In this document: positions 34,868-48,637 of the stretch, one piece after another
Layout of the letters: each line of letters begins with the position of its first letter
Numbering within the stretch: the first letter of the stretch is position 1
DNA from: Magallana gigas
Lineage: Eukaryota
Reading direction: 5' to 3'
Assembly (NCBI RefSeq): GCF_963853765.1
Contig: NC_088860.1
Span: 16,120,001-16,184,000 of the forward strand
Length of the DNA: 64,000 nt
Position numbers and translations under genes: made by a program
The notes under the pieces: generated by a model
What the model was told of the DNA's origin: nothing
The model's database searches: none
What the model saw: only the letters and a program-made list of their open reading frames with translations

Positions 34868-37800
34868 ATGGACAGGACAATTCCTTATCCCGGAATATAT
34901 GAATATGTAATGATTCTAGTCTATAAAACAAGCATTCTTATGTTTTTGTTAAATGAACATAAAGCTGATACAATACTCCTGACTTACGACTTAGTTAGTC
35001 TCCATTGCTAGTACCTTAAAATACTATAATTGCTGAGAAAATCTTAAACTTAGTACTATCGTGTTAAAAATTAAAATAAAGTTCAAAATTAAAACTTTTG
35101 TATAAATCTTGTTTTACAGACGTTATGAAAAATTATCACATTTGGACTAGCTCAAACTCATAGTTCAATAGTGTTTATTGCATTCTTGTTTATTTGATTC
35201 CAGAAGAGGACCATTAAAGCATACAAGGACATACCGATTCCACTGAGCAACAACAGTGGTGCATCCATCACAACAATACTATTGATCATACTGATGGCGA
35301 TCACATACACTACGGCAGAAGCACAAGGTTTTTAATTTTGTTTAATTCCCTCAAGAACTTCTCTCATACTCAAACATGCCATTTATGAAGAGTTAATTTT
35401 AAAAATCTTTCATTTGCAATTTGTTTGTAGAAACACATCAGTGGGATGTGTCAATGGTAGTTGATAATGTGGATTATACTTCTGGGATGGAGAAAAACAT
35501 GTCACGCGAATTTACCGACCTCGCAGACACTTTGTGTTTAGGAGTAAGTCATGAAATATACTGTGGTTTCATCAATATTCGTTTGATACCAATTTTCGTA
35601 GATTTCGTAGTTAAGTTGATCCATGAAATTAAATGTTCATTGAAGTGCAATTTCTATTAACATTTTGTATTGATAGGGTCATTGGCCTTGAATTTATGTA
35701 TCCTTGAAACTGTGATTTTCACTTTATTCACTAAAATTGATACCCTTGAATATTAATGAAATCACAGTATGTAAATATTCATTTGAAAATTTGTTTGGCA
35801 TACCTTTGTTTTGCTTTTGTTTTTCGCCAAAGCTTGCTAGCTTTAACCCCGAATTACTTTAACACTGGAAAAAGAATGCGTGTTGTATCTCATCGTTTTT
35901 TTTTCAGCTATCAGGTTATCTTATGGAGAAAAAGGAACAGCGAGTTGGATGCCATGTGGAACATCTGAGGTAAAGCATGCTGCATGGCCTTACAACTGTT
36001 TTTGAATCTTTCTCATTGATTTGTTAAAATCTTTATATGAGCTACCTTTCATCAATTCCATTATACATGAGAAACAACCACGGTATTACACAATATAAAA
36101 AAATTAACATGCCTTTCAGAAAATCCGCCACATCCAAGGTGGAAGTCAGCTTGACAATTGACAACCTCCCCCTTAAGGTATTTGGATCCAAGGATAAAGT
36201 TCTTAACAGAATACTACAAGACTCTAGGCATCTCAGCCAGAACGGCAACGACTACATTGAAATCAAGAGTTACCTCATTCCAACAACATCCATACACGTG
36301 GTGCAAAAGACCGAGACAGGTCCACAGTTATCAAGTATGTAAAATTCTAGGCCATATTGCAGTTTTTAAAGTTCATTCGATCAATGCCATAAATCTGAAA
36401 ATCATTTTTGTTTGTTTAGCTATTTTGTTGCTCAGCTTTGTATGGATCCAAAAAGGAGATCTATAAATCAAAATACATGTTTTTGAAATTTTTTTTCATG
36501 GAGTTTATTTAATTCTATTCATTCCTATTTTTAATATCAGAACCAATACTGGACAGTGAGCGACCAAGAAGAGGAGTTAACACCTCCAAACTTCCGGTGG
36601 TCAGTGAGGGCACCCCCGTGGTGACTACCACCCCGAAGTCACGTGTCACAACCGTGGAGATCGTGTGGGCCACGAACTGGTGGGACGTGTTCCTGTCCAA
36701 GTATCAGTGGGGGGAGGAGGATTTATTTGGTTCCGAGACAGGGGCAACTCTCTCCAGACTTCCTGGTAAGATGGCAGTTCTTAATTTAATTATCTAGGAT
36801 ATATATATAACGGTAGTTCATCGAATGCTCCAGCGTTTCGTTGTGGTACCAAAAATAAAATTTGACTTTAATTACTTAAATAACGAACGTATTCATAGTT
36901 TTACCATAATATAATTGGACAAACTGTTTATTTACTTAAGCGGAAAACATTGAGTTTCGTTACTAAATAAAACTTAATGTCGTTTTGTGGTTTTTAATTT
37001 CTATAACGATAACTTTAATGACCTCCACTGAAAACAAAAACAAGGAGACAACGACTTGTAAATACAGTTATTTCTGACGTTTACATGTGCATTTGTTTGG
37101 TACATTGACTTGATCGATGTTAAAAAGTAGGTATTTTTTGTGAAGTTCATGCGATTATTCAATTTCTAGTAACCTACACATGATTAATGCGTGTCTGAAA
37201 TAATCACCACGATCAGCGATTACCGCGACTGTTTCCTGAGTGACACGATGACTCTTCCATGTCAGAATGCCAACGATTTCATTTTATTTTTTTGTTAAGA
37301 TCATGTCTGATTGATTCATGATTTGATATAGAAATTCATAAAATACTTAAATTTTGATGTTATGCAATAATATTTAAAGGTTCAAAAATAAAGATACTTA
37401 AACTTTAATGAAATTCTATGAAATCTTAATGCTTAAATATGTGTACAACATATATACGTATATTTTTGTTTGTTTTGTCATATTTTCCGAATACTACTTT
37501 TATATATGCGTAGATGAAGAATGTCAAAATAAAAGTAGGGACAAGTTCAAATAATTAGACCGACCTTGATTCAAATTTATTCTTCGATGAAGATGAGAAT
37601 GGAAAAATGTGTTGGCGTGGCAACAGAAAATATCTATAAATCATAAAACATTCTTATTTTCAGAAATGGAACGAGGCGTTTTGACAACGTTGTATAAAGT
37701 TTGTGCAATAAACAATGAGGAATTGCAAATATCTAAGAATTGTTAGCAATCATATAAATTCCAAATTATCTTTTTTTAAATGAAGTATGTATATAAATTT

Positions 37801-40168
37801 TTCGACCATTGAGCTCAAACCTAATTGAAACCTTTTAAAAGGGCATTTCATTAATTCAAGCGAAAAAAATCACGAACGAGCCATTTTCATAAGATAATAA
37901 TTTGCAAGCGCATCATCTCGCTCGTAGCTCGACAACTGACATTCAAATTTTCATTATTCCGTTATCCATTAAAAATTTTCTAGCACTACTAAAGCACTGC
38001 AAACATTAGGAAAAGGCAAATGCAATTTGCAAATTGTCATCCCAAACCGTGATCATGCTTCTTGAATTTTTTATTTATCGTATGATAACAAAGTCTTATA
38101 TACATGTAGATATACGAACAGTTCACTATCATTGTTGTCACTGTCATTGTTGTCCTTGTCTTTGTTGTCCCTGTCTTTGTTGTCCCTGTCTTTGTTGTCA
38201 CTGTCTTTTTTGTCATTCTCTTTGTTGTCACTGTCTTTTTTGTCACTCTCTTTGTTGTCAATGTCTTTTTTGTCACCCTCTTTGTTGTCACTGTCTTTTG
38301 TTGTAACTATCTTTGTTGTCACTGTCATTGCTGTCCCTGTCTTTGTTGGCCCTGTCTTTGTTGTCCCTGTCTTTGTTGTCACTGTCTTTTTTGTCACTCT
38401 TTGTTGTCACTGTCTTTGTTGCCACTCTCTTTGTTGTCACTGTCTTTTGTTGTAACTATCTTTGTTGTCACTCTCTTTGTTGTCACTGTCTTTTTTGTCA
38501 CTTTCTTTGTTGTCCCTGTCTTTGTTGTCACTGTCTTTGTTGTCATTCTCTTTGTTGTCACTGTCTTTGTTATCACTGTCTTTTTTGTCATTCTCTTTGT
38601 TGTCACTGTCTTTTTATTGTCACTCTCTATGTTGTCACTGTCTTTTTGTCACTCTCTTTGTTGTCACTGTCTTTTGTTGTAACTATCTTTGTTGTCTTTG
38701 TTGTCCCTGTCTTTGTTGTCCCTGTCTTTGTTGTCCCTGTCTTTGTTGTCACTGTCTTTTTTGTCACTTTTTGTTGTCACTGTCTTTTGTTGTAACTATC
38801 TTTGTTGTCACTGTCTTTTGTTGTAACTATCTTTGTTGTCACTGTCATTGTTGTCCCTGTCTTTGTTGTCCCTGTCTTTGTTGAAACAGTGTTTTGTTGT
38901 CACTCTCTTTGTTGTCATTGTCTTTTTTTGTCACTCTCTTTGTTATCATTGTCTTTTGTTGTAACTATCTTTGTTGTCATTGTTGTCTCTGTCTTTGTTG
39001 TCATTGTCTTTGTTGTCCCTGTCTTTGTTGTCACTGTCTTTTTGTCACTCTTTTTGTTGTCACTGTCTTTTGTTGTAACTATCTTTGTTGTCACTGTTAT
39101 TGTTGTCCCTGTCTTTGTTGTCCCTGTCTTTGTTGTCACTCTCTTTGTTGTCACTGTCTTTTTTGTCACTCTCTTTGTTGTCACTGTCTTTTTTGTCACT
39201 CTCTTTGTTGTCACTGTCTTTTGTTGTAACTATCTTTGTTGTCACTGTCATTGTTGTCCCTGTCTTTGTTGTCACTGTCTTTTTTGTCCCTGTCTTTGTT
39301 GTCACTGTCTTTTTGTCACTCTCTTTGTTGTCACTGTCTTTTGTTGTAACTATCTTTGTTGTCACTGTCTTTTGTTGTAACTATCTTTGTTGTATGACAG
39401 TCTTTTGTTGTCACTGTATTTGTTGTCACTGTCTTTGTTGTGACAGTCTTTTGTTGTCCCTGTCTTTGTTGACCCTGTCATTGATGTCACCTACTTTGCT
39501 GTTTCTGTCTTTGTTGTACTACCTTTGTTGTCACTGTCATTTGCTGTCATTATCTATGTTTTCACAGTGTTTTGTTTTCACTGTCTTTGTTGTCACTGTC
39601 TTTGTTATCACTGTCTTTTACTGTCACTGCCATTTGTTGTCATCATCGCTGTGGTCACTTTATTTGCTGTCACTTTATTTGTTGCAATTGTCATTGTTGT
39701 CACCTACTTTGCTGTCATTGTTTTTGTTATTACTGTCTTTGCTGTCACTATTTTTGTTGTCACTGTCTTTGTTGACACTGTTATTTTTTGTCAATATCTT
39801 TGCTGTCACTATCATTGTTGTCATTGTCTTTGTTGTCCCTACCTCTGCTATCATTGTCTTTGTTGTCACTGTCTTTTGTTGTCACTGTCTTTTTTGACAT
39901 TCTCTTTGCCCTCACTATCTTTGTTGCCACTGTCTTTGTTGTCATTGTATATGTATTCATTGTATATGTTGTCATTCCCTATTTTTGTCACCGTCTTTGT
40001 TGTCACTTTCTGTGTTGTCACTTTCTTTATTGTTTATATGGTAGAAGTGGACAACTGCCTCCACGAGGACATGTGTAAGAATGGGGGCACCTGTGTCAGT
40101 GACGAGATGTCCTACTCCTGTGTGTGTCGGGAAGGCTGGACAGGAGTCCACTGTGAAAAAGGTATCAA

Positions 40169-40238
<70 letters not shown>

Positions 40239-43200
40239 GAGAGAGAGAGATTTTCGATAACAAAATTTTGTCTTTTACTAAAAAAAATTCTGACGTATTG
40301 TTTCCTAAGAAATGTTATGCATGCAATCTTCAGTATCTATTTTGTATTGTAGACTTGGACGAGTGTGCGAGGAATCCCTGTAATGGACGACCCTGTACAA
40401 ACACTGTCGGATCCTATCGGTGTGCTTGTCCAGATGGATTCACAGGAAAAGATTGTACCGAAGGTCAGCATTATCCAGCTGTATCAAATAAATACTTTAA
40501 AAAAGACTATTTACTATGCAATCATCATTATTTACACATAAGGTTATAAATCAAATCTTACTACTTGAATGCCAGAGAATAATTTTTGCTGAAAAACTTA
40601 TTGAAATTTCAAGAACATAGATATCATTTTGATGCTTAACAAATATTTCATGATTGGGATTCGGTGTAAGAACATTAAGAAAACTTTGTTTCAATTGAAA
40701 TATTCAGATATAGACGAATGTAGGACCAATCCATGCACGAACAATGGAGTCTGTACAAACACTAAGGGATCCTACCTATGTACATGCTCTCCAGGATGGA
40801 CGTCCAGCAACTGTCAAGATGGTAAGATGCATTTTTTAAATCATTCTAAATGGTGTGCCTACTACAAGGGGAATGTCCGTTTTGACAGCAAGCTCTGAAT
40901 ACCGATGATTATGGGCACAGGGAACTCGCAGTTCAAACGGGCTTCGTATCCATAATTGTTAGCAAAAGAGTTTGCGGTCAAAACGGGCTTTTTGTAACCA
41001 TATTTGTTTTTACAAAAGTGCTCGTGGTCAAATGGGCTTTGTATCCCTCATTTTTGGCACTGTGGTTTGGGAGTTGTCATGTTGTGAATTTTGTATTTAC
41101 TGCCACCCGGTAAATTCAAAATTCACAACATGACAGGATCATAACGGTCTTTGAATCCATATATAATTGAATATTCAGGTTGACACATTTCAAAGTCTTT
41201 TTTTAACGCAGATGTCGATGAATGTGATTCCAGTCCATGCAAAGTGGGCAGTGTATGTGTGAATAGTGAAGGCTCATACACGTGTGAATGTGAGAATGGA
41301 TGGGGAGGGAAGAACTGTACGGACGGTAAGTCACGGAGGCGTCTCTCGGTCTTCTTATGGCTTATGTGCTCTTTTGAACAAAACATCCTGTTTTTTGCGC
41401 TGGTATATTAGTATTGCTCTTCAGAATCAGTAGTTGTTTATTATGAAGTTAACTGAATTTATCTTTTTATAAAATTAATAGTAAATTAAGTACACTACTA
41501 TATGAAGTCGTGTATTTCATCCAATATGGGTATATATACACGTATCTCTACAAATAAGATCATATTCATAAGGGAACATCTATCAAAATTTTCTGAAAAA
41601 CTACTAACAACGCTCCATGCAGTGTGTAAAACTCTGATATATTCTAAATTTAACTTTGATATTCAACTTGATTTACGTGTACTTTGAATGTGATTTTGCA
41701 TAGCTGAATACTGAGAGGTTCCTTGAGTGAAAGTCCGATGTAGGGATTGTAGATGAGCAATATGGATCAGGGGCCTCGTTTACATTTCCTATTTACCAAA
41801 AAACAACTAAGATTGAGCAGATACTCTTACTTACTGTGCGAGACATTAATCTATCAGCATTAGCAAATCAATTTTTTGAAAAGATTTTCGGAATTTTAAA
41901 AACAAATAAAATGTCAAAAGCGACCATTATGTTTCTCATTATGCGGGCCATGTGAAGATTTAATAACGACAATAAAGAATAAATTTTTACACACCGCTAG
42001 TCGTGATATGACCAAACAGTGATAAATTACGTTCCTTTGTTTTTGTTGTCAACAAGAAGAAAAAATGTCAAAATTAATGTTTTCACAGTCTTGGTTGACT
42101 AAGAATGCATTTATGGTCATTCTTATCGATATATTTTATTTATTTTCATGTAAAGTATATTATCTTCATGTAGATGTTGATGAATGCTCTACCTCTCCGT
42201 GTGGAAACAACGGGGTCTGTAAAAATACTGTTGGGTCTTTCCAATGTTCCTGCAGTGAGGGGTGGTCAGGAAGCACCTGTGAAAACGGTATGACTCAACA
42301 CATATTAATCAAAGTGATTTAAATAATGAATAACTAAAGTTTGACTTTGAAAATCTTATTTTTATAAACAAAAATAGAATAAATCGTGTGCATAAAAATT
42401 ATGCTTTTGTTTAATTTCGAGAGCTTTATTTCGAGGATTTAATTTACTATGAGTAGATTTGCATTCAGTGTTTTTTTCTTCTTTTCTTCAAAGATCTAGA
42501 CGAATGCTTATCATCTCCTTGTCAGCATGGAGCTGTGTGTAAGAACACCAAGGGAAGCTACTCGTGTTCATGCAACGACGGCTGGGCAGGCAAAGACTGC
42601 AACGAAGGTACTATATAATTATATTCTATACAATTTAGTTTACAATTTTATTTTCTTATTAAGCATGTCGTTGAATGAAAAGCTGTTTTGTACAGGCAAA
42701 GAAGAAAATAACGTTTTACTCTTTTTCTTTCTTTTTTTAATTGCACGTTGTATTATGTTTCTAAGAAACATTGGAAAATATCTTAATCGTAGATCCGTCT
42801 CTTAGCTCAATATCCGAACATGTATTTTGTTTTTTATAATTAAGACATTGATGAATGTAAAGTCCAACAGCCTTGTGCCAATGGTGGACTCTGTACAAAC
42901 ATTGAAGGGTCGTTTGAATGTGCGTGCGCCGCTGGATGGACAGGGGTCAACTGCACCGACGGTAATTAAAATTAAACAAATAGGTATATGTCTGCATGCT
43001 TGATAAAGTGTTTAACGTGCCTGACATAATATAAATAAAAATCATTATCCAAAAATGCAGCTGTGATTTGTAAACGCTTCATGCTCCAGGATCATGAAGC
43101 AAACTTTAATTTAAGTAAAAAAAAAAATTAAACTGTCGTAATGTCTCTTGATTGAAATCACTAAAAATAAAATAGAAATGCAGTTAAAAGTGTTTTGATT

Positions 43201-46200
43201 CCAAGTTGTAAATTACAAACAATCGTCCAAATATGATCAACATTCATTTTATGACTAAAATTTTGTCTGAATTCTGAAAATGTTTAATGCTTCATGATCC
43301 TGAGGCAAGATCTAGTAGAATGCTATACATGTACTTGGTATTCAGTTTTAAGCATATTTCTATAGAAGTATTTCCATACATATATATATATGTAAACACA
43401 TCAGTAATATTTGATCTAATTCGTTCTTCAGATGTTGACGAATGTTTCGATTCTCCATGTGGGGAGAGTGTTCCTTGTGTCAATGTAGAAGGCTCCTATT
43501 CCTGTGAATGTTTAGATGGATGGACGGGCAAAAACTGCACGGAAGGTAGACCATTCTAATACCAGTTCTCAAAAAGTTTGACCCCCTTTGATTGATAAAG
43601 AAGCATTACGGATTTTTTAAAATCAAAATTTGACCCGGAGAAATTGGTGTCTTCGCATGTCTACCAAATTTTAATTATAATCCTAAGATTGATTTTTCCC
43701 CCAAAGATTTAAGTAGTCCTACGTATAAGTAGATATGACAATAACATTTTTCTTAACGGTTAGAACATAACAAAATCAATTGATTCTGAAGCTTTAAAAC
43801 AAATATTTGAAATTGTATTTTCCCTTTATAGTTTAGAATATAAAAACAAATTTCCATTGCTTCTGAAGCTTTGACCATATCTCAAATGCTTTGCAGACGT
43901 AGACGAATGTGAAATCCAACAGCCTTGTGCTAATGGCGGAGTCTGTACAAACATGGAAGGAACGTTTGAGTGTACTTGTGCTACAGGGTGGACTGGAACT
44001 AACTGTACTGACGGTTAGTAACTACTCAAATTTACGCAGTATTTTATTTCAGACGACAGCATGATTAGGCTAATTTTGGCTCTCTAGTCGATAGCTATTC
44101 CGTTTTAAAATTGAATTGGCTGGATTTTTTTTTCTGTTAAATTTTTAACCATAAAATGAAACAAAATGTGAACGAATTGAAATCGAATAAAAATTAAAAC
44201 ATCTGTATGTGAAACCAGTTGCTGCACAAATCAATAAGTATAGCATTATTGTATTATGCATGGATATAAGTATCTCGGTAAAAAAGGGTTTCCAACCAGT
44301 GATATGCAGAAGATCAAATCATAAACCATTGTTAGCAAAGATAGGAAAGATTCCCTTTTAAATAAAAAATTACATGTTTCAGACGTTGACGAGTGCGTTG
44401 ATTCCCCGTGTGGAGACGGTGTTCCCTGTATCAATGTGGAGGGGTCCTATTCCTGTCGTTGTCTGCCCGGGTGGAGCGGTCAGAACTGTACAGAGGGTGA
44501 GACACGGTGTCTCTTTTATTCAAAATAAAATGAGCATTAGTTTTGTTCCGATATGTTTTCCCAAATTCTTCAGCTGAAACTAAAAAACATCTAAATACAT
44601 TGATAATACATAATTATGGTCGGTGGGTTGATACTATTTCCATGGCATATAAGCATTGTACTATTCAGCTTATAAATACATTCTTGTCCATAGATATCGA
44701 TGAGTGTACCGATGACCAAGCTCTGTGCAGCAATGGAGGTTCTTGCGTGAACTTGGAGGGGTCTTATAGGTGCGACTGCATCAATGGCTGGACGGGGAAA
44801 TCTTGCGATGAAGGTATATCATTTATGAGCATAAATCATAAATGGAGTTTTAGGCTTTTGTTTTTTCTTTGATTAAAGTATTACCATGTACTTGCATACC
44901 CGGTTGTTTGATTTAACCAGATTTGGACGAGTGTGCTGACTCCCCTTGCCCTGATGGCAGTAGCTGTATAAACCAGAACGGCAGCTTCCTATGTGACTGT
45001 ATGGAAGGATGGACGGGCCAGTATTGTGAGCTAGGTAAGCCACAACTACTGTCCGACAACATATGTCAACATATAGCACTATTCTGTTGGTAATGATTAA
45101 GAAAGAGACTATGTTTTCTTCTGAACAGATATTGACGAGTGCCTGTCAGTTGACTGTGGCTATGAAGGCGTCTGCAACAATCTGAACGGATCCTTTGCGT
45201 GTGATTGCCCGTCTGGGTATACAGGAACACCTTGTGCTGGTAAGATAAAAGTTCGTCTTTCTAATTAACGTACAATATACTTTTTAATATGCTATACAAT
45301 TTACACAGAATTTTAAAGGAATTGTTAAAATTCATCTACGAGCATTGAATCTAAAGATTTTATTTTTTCAACTATCAACAATTTTCAACTGCCAACAGAT
45401 CCATAACAAATTATAGTCTACATGTATTATAAAGTTATTAAATAATAAAAGGCAGAAGTGACATCATCAATTAAATGTTAATGCATTGTGTGTAGATGTC
45501 GATGAATGCAGCGAAGATCCTTGCATCAATGGAGGAATCTGCAAAAATAATGTCGGTTCATTTTTATGCACATGCGCACAAGGATGGGAAGGCGATATAT
45601 GCAGCAAGGGTACTAATCAATGGCATAGAATCTTACTTCTGCATAAGTCCTTAAGATGATTTACTATAAATTGATTCAACTAAAAAAATCATAATTGAAA
45701 TAGCCAGTGTGGTATTTTCTTTTTACTTTGATTCAAAAATAACGTTTCTCATTTTTAAAACATTCTTATTTTTAGACGTTGATGAATGTGCCCAGAATCC
45801 TTGTTCTAACGGAGGAGTGTGTCAAAACATGGACGGGACTTACCACTGTGATTGTCCAGCATCTTTGGTTGGAAAGGACTGTACAGCAAGTAAGAATACC
45901 ACCCTCTTTAATACTAAATTGTAATTTGGTAAATTTAGATACAGTTAATAAACATTACCAAAGAATCTAATGAATTTGTTTTACACTCAAGAAAGTAAAA
46001 TATTGTTTTAACTTTAACGGTCGTAATTTCACAGCTTCTCTCTAGAACATATGTAAAGGGAATTAACTTCTTATTATCAACCCAGCCTCTTATAACAAGA
46101 AATGCCAGTGATAGAGACTTTAAACATTTAATATTAATCATGTACAATATATTTCTAATGACACCTGAACTCCAACGTACATGTATAAACAAAACAAAAA

Positions 46201-48578
46201 TTAGATTGTTATTAGTATGAATAAACATTCTATGAAGCGACTTACTGAAAACTCTATACATGTAGACCTGTGCTATAGTAATTTGTGAATAATTATCGTG
46301 TTTTCGATTTTACAAAAATCAAATAAACGAATTTTCGTGTGTTAGGAATGTTTTTAATGGGAGCTGAAGGACAGTACGGTTCTAGCGTCACCATTAGTTG
46401 CGGGGTTCAGGGTCTAGACGACTGGCAGACTATTGAAATCAGACACAACAACAGAACACTCTACCAAGTAAACCCTAGCGGTCTGTTCACCGACTTCACA
46501 AACAGCAGGATAGCCATCAACAGTACCGCGGTCAGCAATGGAGCCGAAGTGTCCCTTACCTTCAGAGATCTCCACTGTGAGGATGATGGGCAATATCAAT
46601 GCATGGTGGACGGGAACTCTAAAAACACCATGAACCTTGTAGTGAACAGTAAGGAGAAACCAGTTTATAAATTCAATTTTGTTAATTTTCATGAAGCAAC
46701 AAGACAACAGTAGGGAAAGCACAAAACAGAATAAATTTTTTAACTTCATTGAATAAAACATCATGCAGTAAGGAGGAAACGTTTTATAAAGATATTTAGT
46801 GTTTATAAACTATAAAGCAACAAAACAACAGTGAGGAGAAAACGCTTTATTTAGACAATTTTGTTAAATTCCATAAAGCAACAAAGCCTGATTTGCAAAT
46901 TATTGAATTACTTACTTTGTTGGTGGACACATATGCCCATAATCAAAACTTTGGTTTACCTCTTAATATGTACGCTTTCAGATTAATTGTGAAGTGTATA
47001 AGTTAAAGATAACATTTGTTTTAATGTTTCCAAGCTTATATACTAGTATTAAAAATTATTCTGAACAGAATCAAAGAATAAAATTAGAAAATATTTTTAA
47101 AAAATCGCTTAAATTTTTGCATTTTTAGAACCTTCCTCTGGAGAGCCAACTAGAATTATTAAACAAGAGAGGTTCGTGGATAACCGTAACACAGTCAGTA
47201 TACAATGTCAGGGACATCCCTCTTATCCGAATGGAAATCTCAAATTCCAAGTCAAAATGAAGAACGAACTAGCTTTCAAAGATTTTACGTTTCCGATTGA
47301 TGTCCGAAACGAGCTCTCTGCCGACTGTTCACGGACACAGATTGTGACGATAACTTCCGCTTTTGACCAGAACTGGGACCAGGCGACCATTAAATGTTTG
47401 GAGGACGATTCCGGGAACTTCGACGAAACAGTTTTAGACATTTTACCAGGTTTGTAGTTTTCTTTCTAATGAGTAATACACTACATGGAAATATGAATCA
47501 TGGTATGTACTTTGTGTCCATTCACTTAAGAAGGAGAAGCAAATTGGAAAAACTATACCTAGGTAATGAAATAGATATATATTATAAATATATAGCAGAG
47601 AAATGATAATTCAATAATATCTGGGAAAAAAATGTATTTTGTTTAATTCGATATGTATTAGAGTTAAATTTTATATATTACAGATAACTATTGTATAAGA
47701 GCACCCCCGAACACCATGGTATATCTAGAGCATCCACATAATCCAAGGAAATTTGTTCAATGCTCGAACCAACAACCTACGATCGTCCAGGAATGTGACA
47801 CTGGCAGTTGTTTTAATGAAAATGATCAGAATTGTGGATCTTGTATCAAAGGTAGATAAAGTAAAAAAAAAAGATTTAACCCACATTTATATCGTAAATT
47901 AAAAAAAGGAATAAATTAATTATTGCTTCAATTAATTTTTGCCAATTTTCACTCAGTGATTTAGTTAAAAAAAAGTTAACATGTGACCTTAGTTAACACA
48001 CATCTTAATACTTGTTGAATGTTTATACTTGAAAAAAAGGGTTGTACTTCATACTGTGCATATTAAAGCTTTCTAAATTGAAATTGTATTTTCGGAATAA
48101 CTTTGTTTTAAAAAAATGGATACTAGTTTTTTATCATGTATTAGTTTTGCCTCTAAGAGACAAGGATGTGATAGTGCTTTGTCTGCAGCAGCAAAAACGA
48201 GTCAAAACAAAACTTTTCAACATCGTACATACAATCAAATAATGTAAATTATCTACATACCATCTTGATTTTACACTTTATCAGAGTAATAAAAGCTCAG
48301 GCAATAGAGTTCAGTACAATTTTTGGTAGTGAATTTGGTTTGTTGCTCCTGTTGATAGTAGACTGTTTACAAAATTGAAATGTCGTCTTAGTGAAAAAAG
48401 TACCTATCTTGTTTTATAGAGTGTTCAGAAAACCCGTGTAGCAATGGCGCATCCTGCTGGATTGTGAATGGAGTTTTAACTTGTGACTGTGTCCCAGGCT
48501 GGGATGGTTCACTCTGTGAGCAAGGTCAGCTCCTTGTCTATCTATCTTTTCCGGTGGAATGAAAAAAAAAATTCTATC

Positions 48579-48637
<59 letters not shown>

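Larger units (their letters stand above)
40045..45889 (+). other. Array of 15 Ca-binding EGF-like exons
   Basis: 111-120 nt phase 1-1 exons, almost all D[VIL]DEC...C..GG.C.N..GS[YF].C.C..G[WF].G..C. Confidence 0.95.

Noticed and set aside
37514-37554. DEECQNK... after an AG, resembling an EGF start
   Set aside because: Stops after 13 codons, with only one Cys.
38034-40078. Many overlapping 60-270 aa ORFs ([21 protein letters not shown])
   Set aside because: Products of a 15-bp repeat with frame-shifting 16-bp variants. The phase-compatible AG near 38120 has no pyrimidine tract and would stop at 38306.
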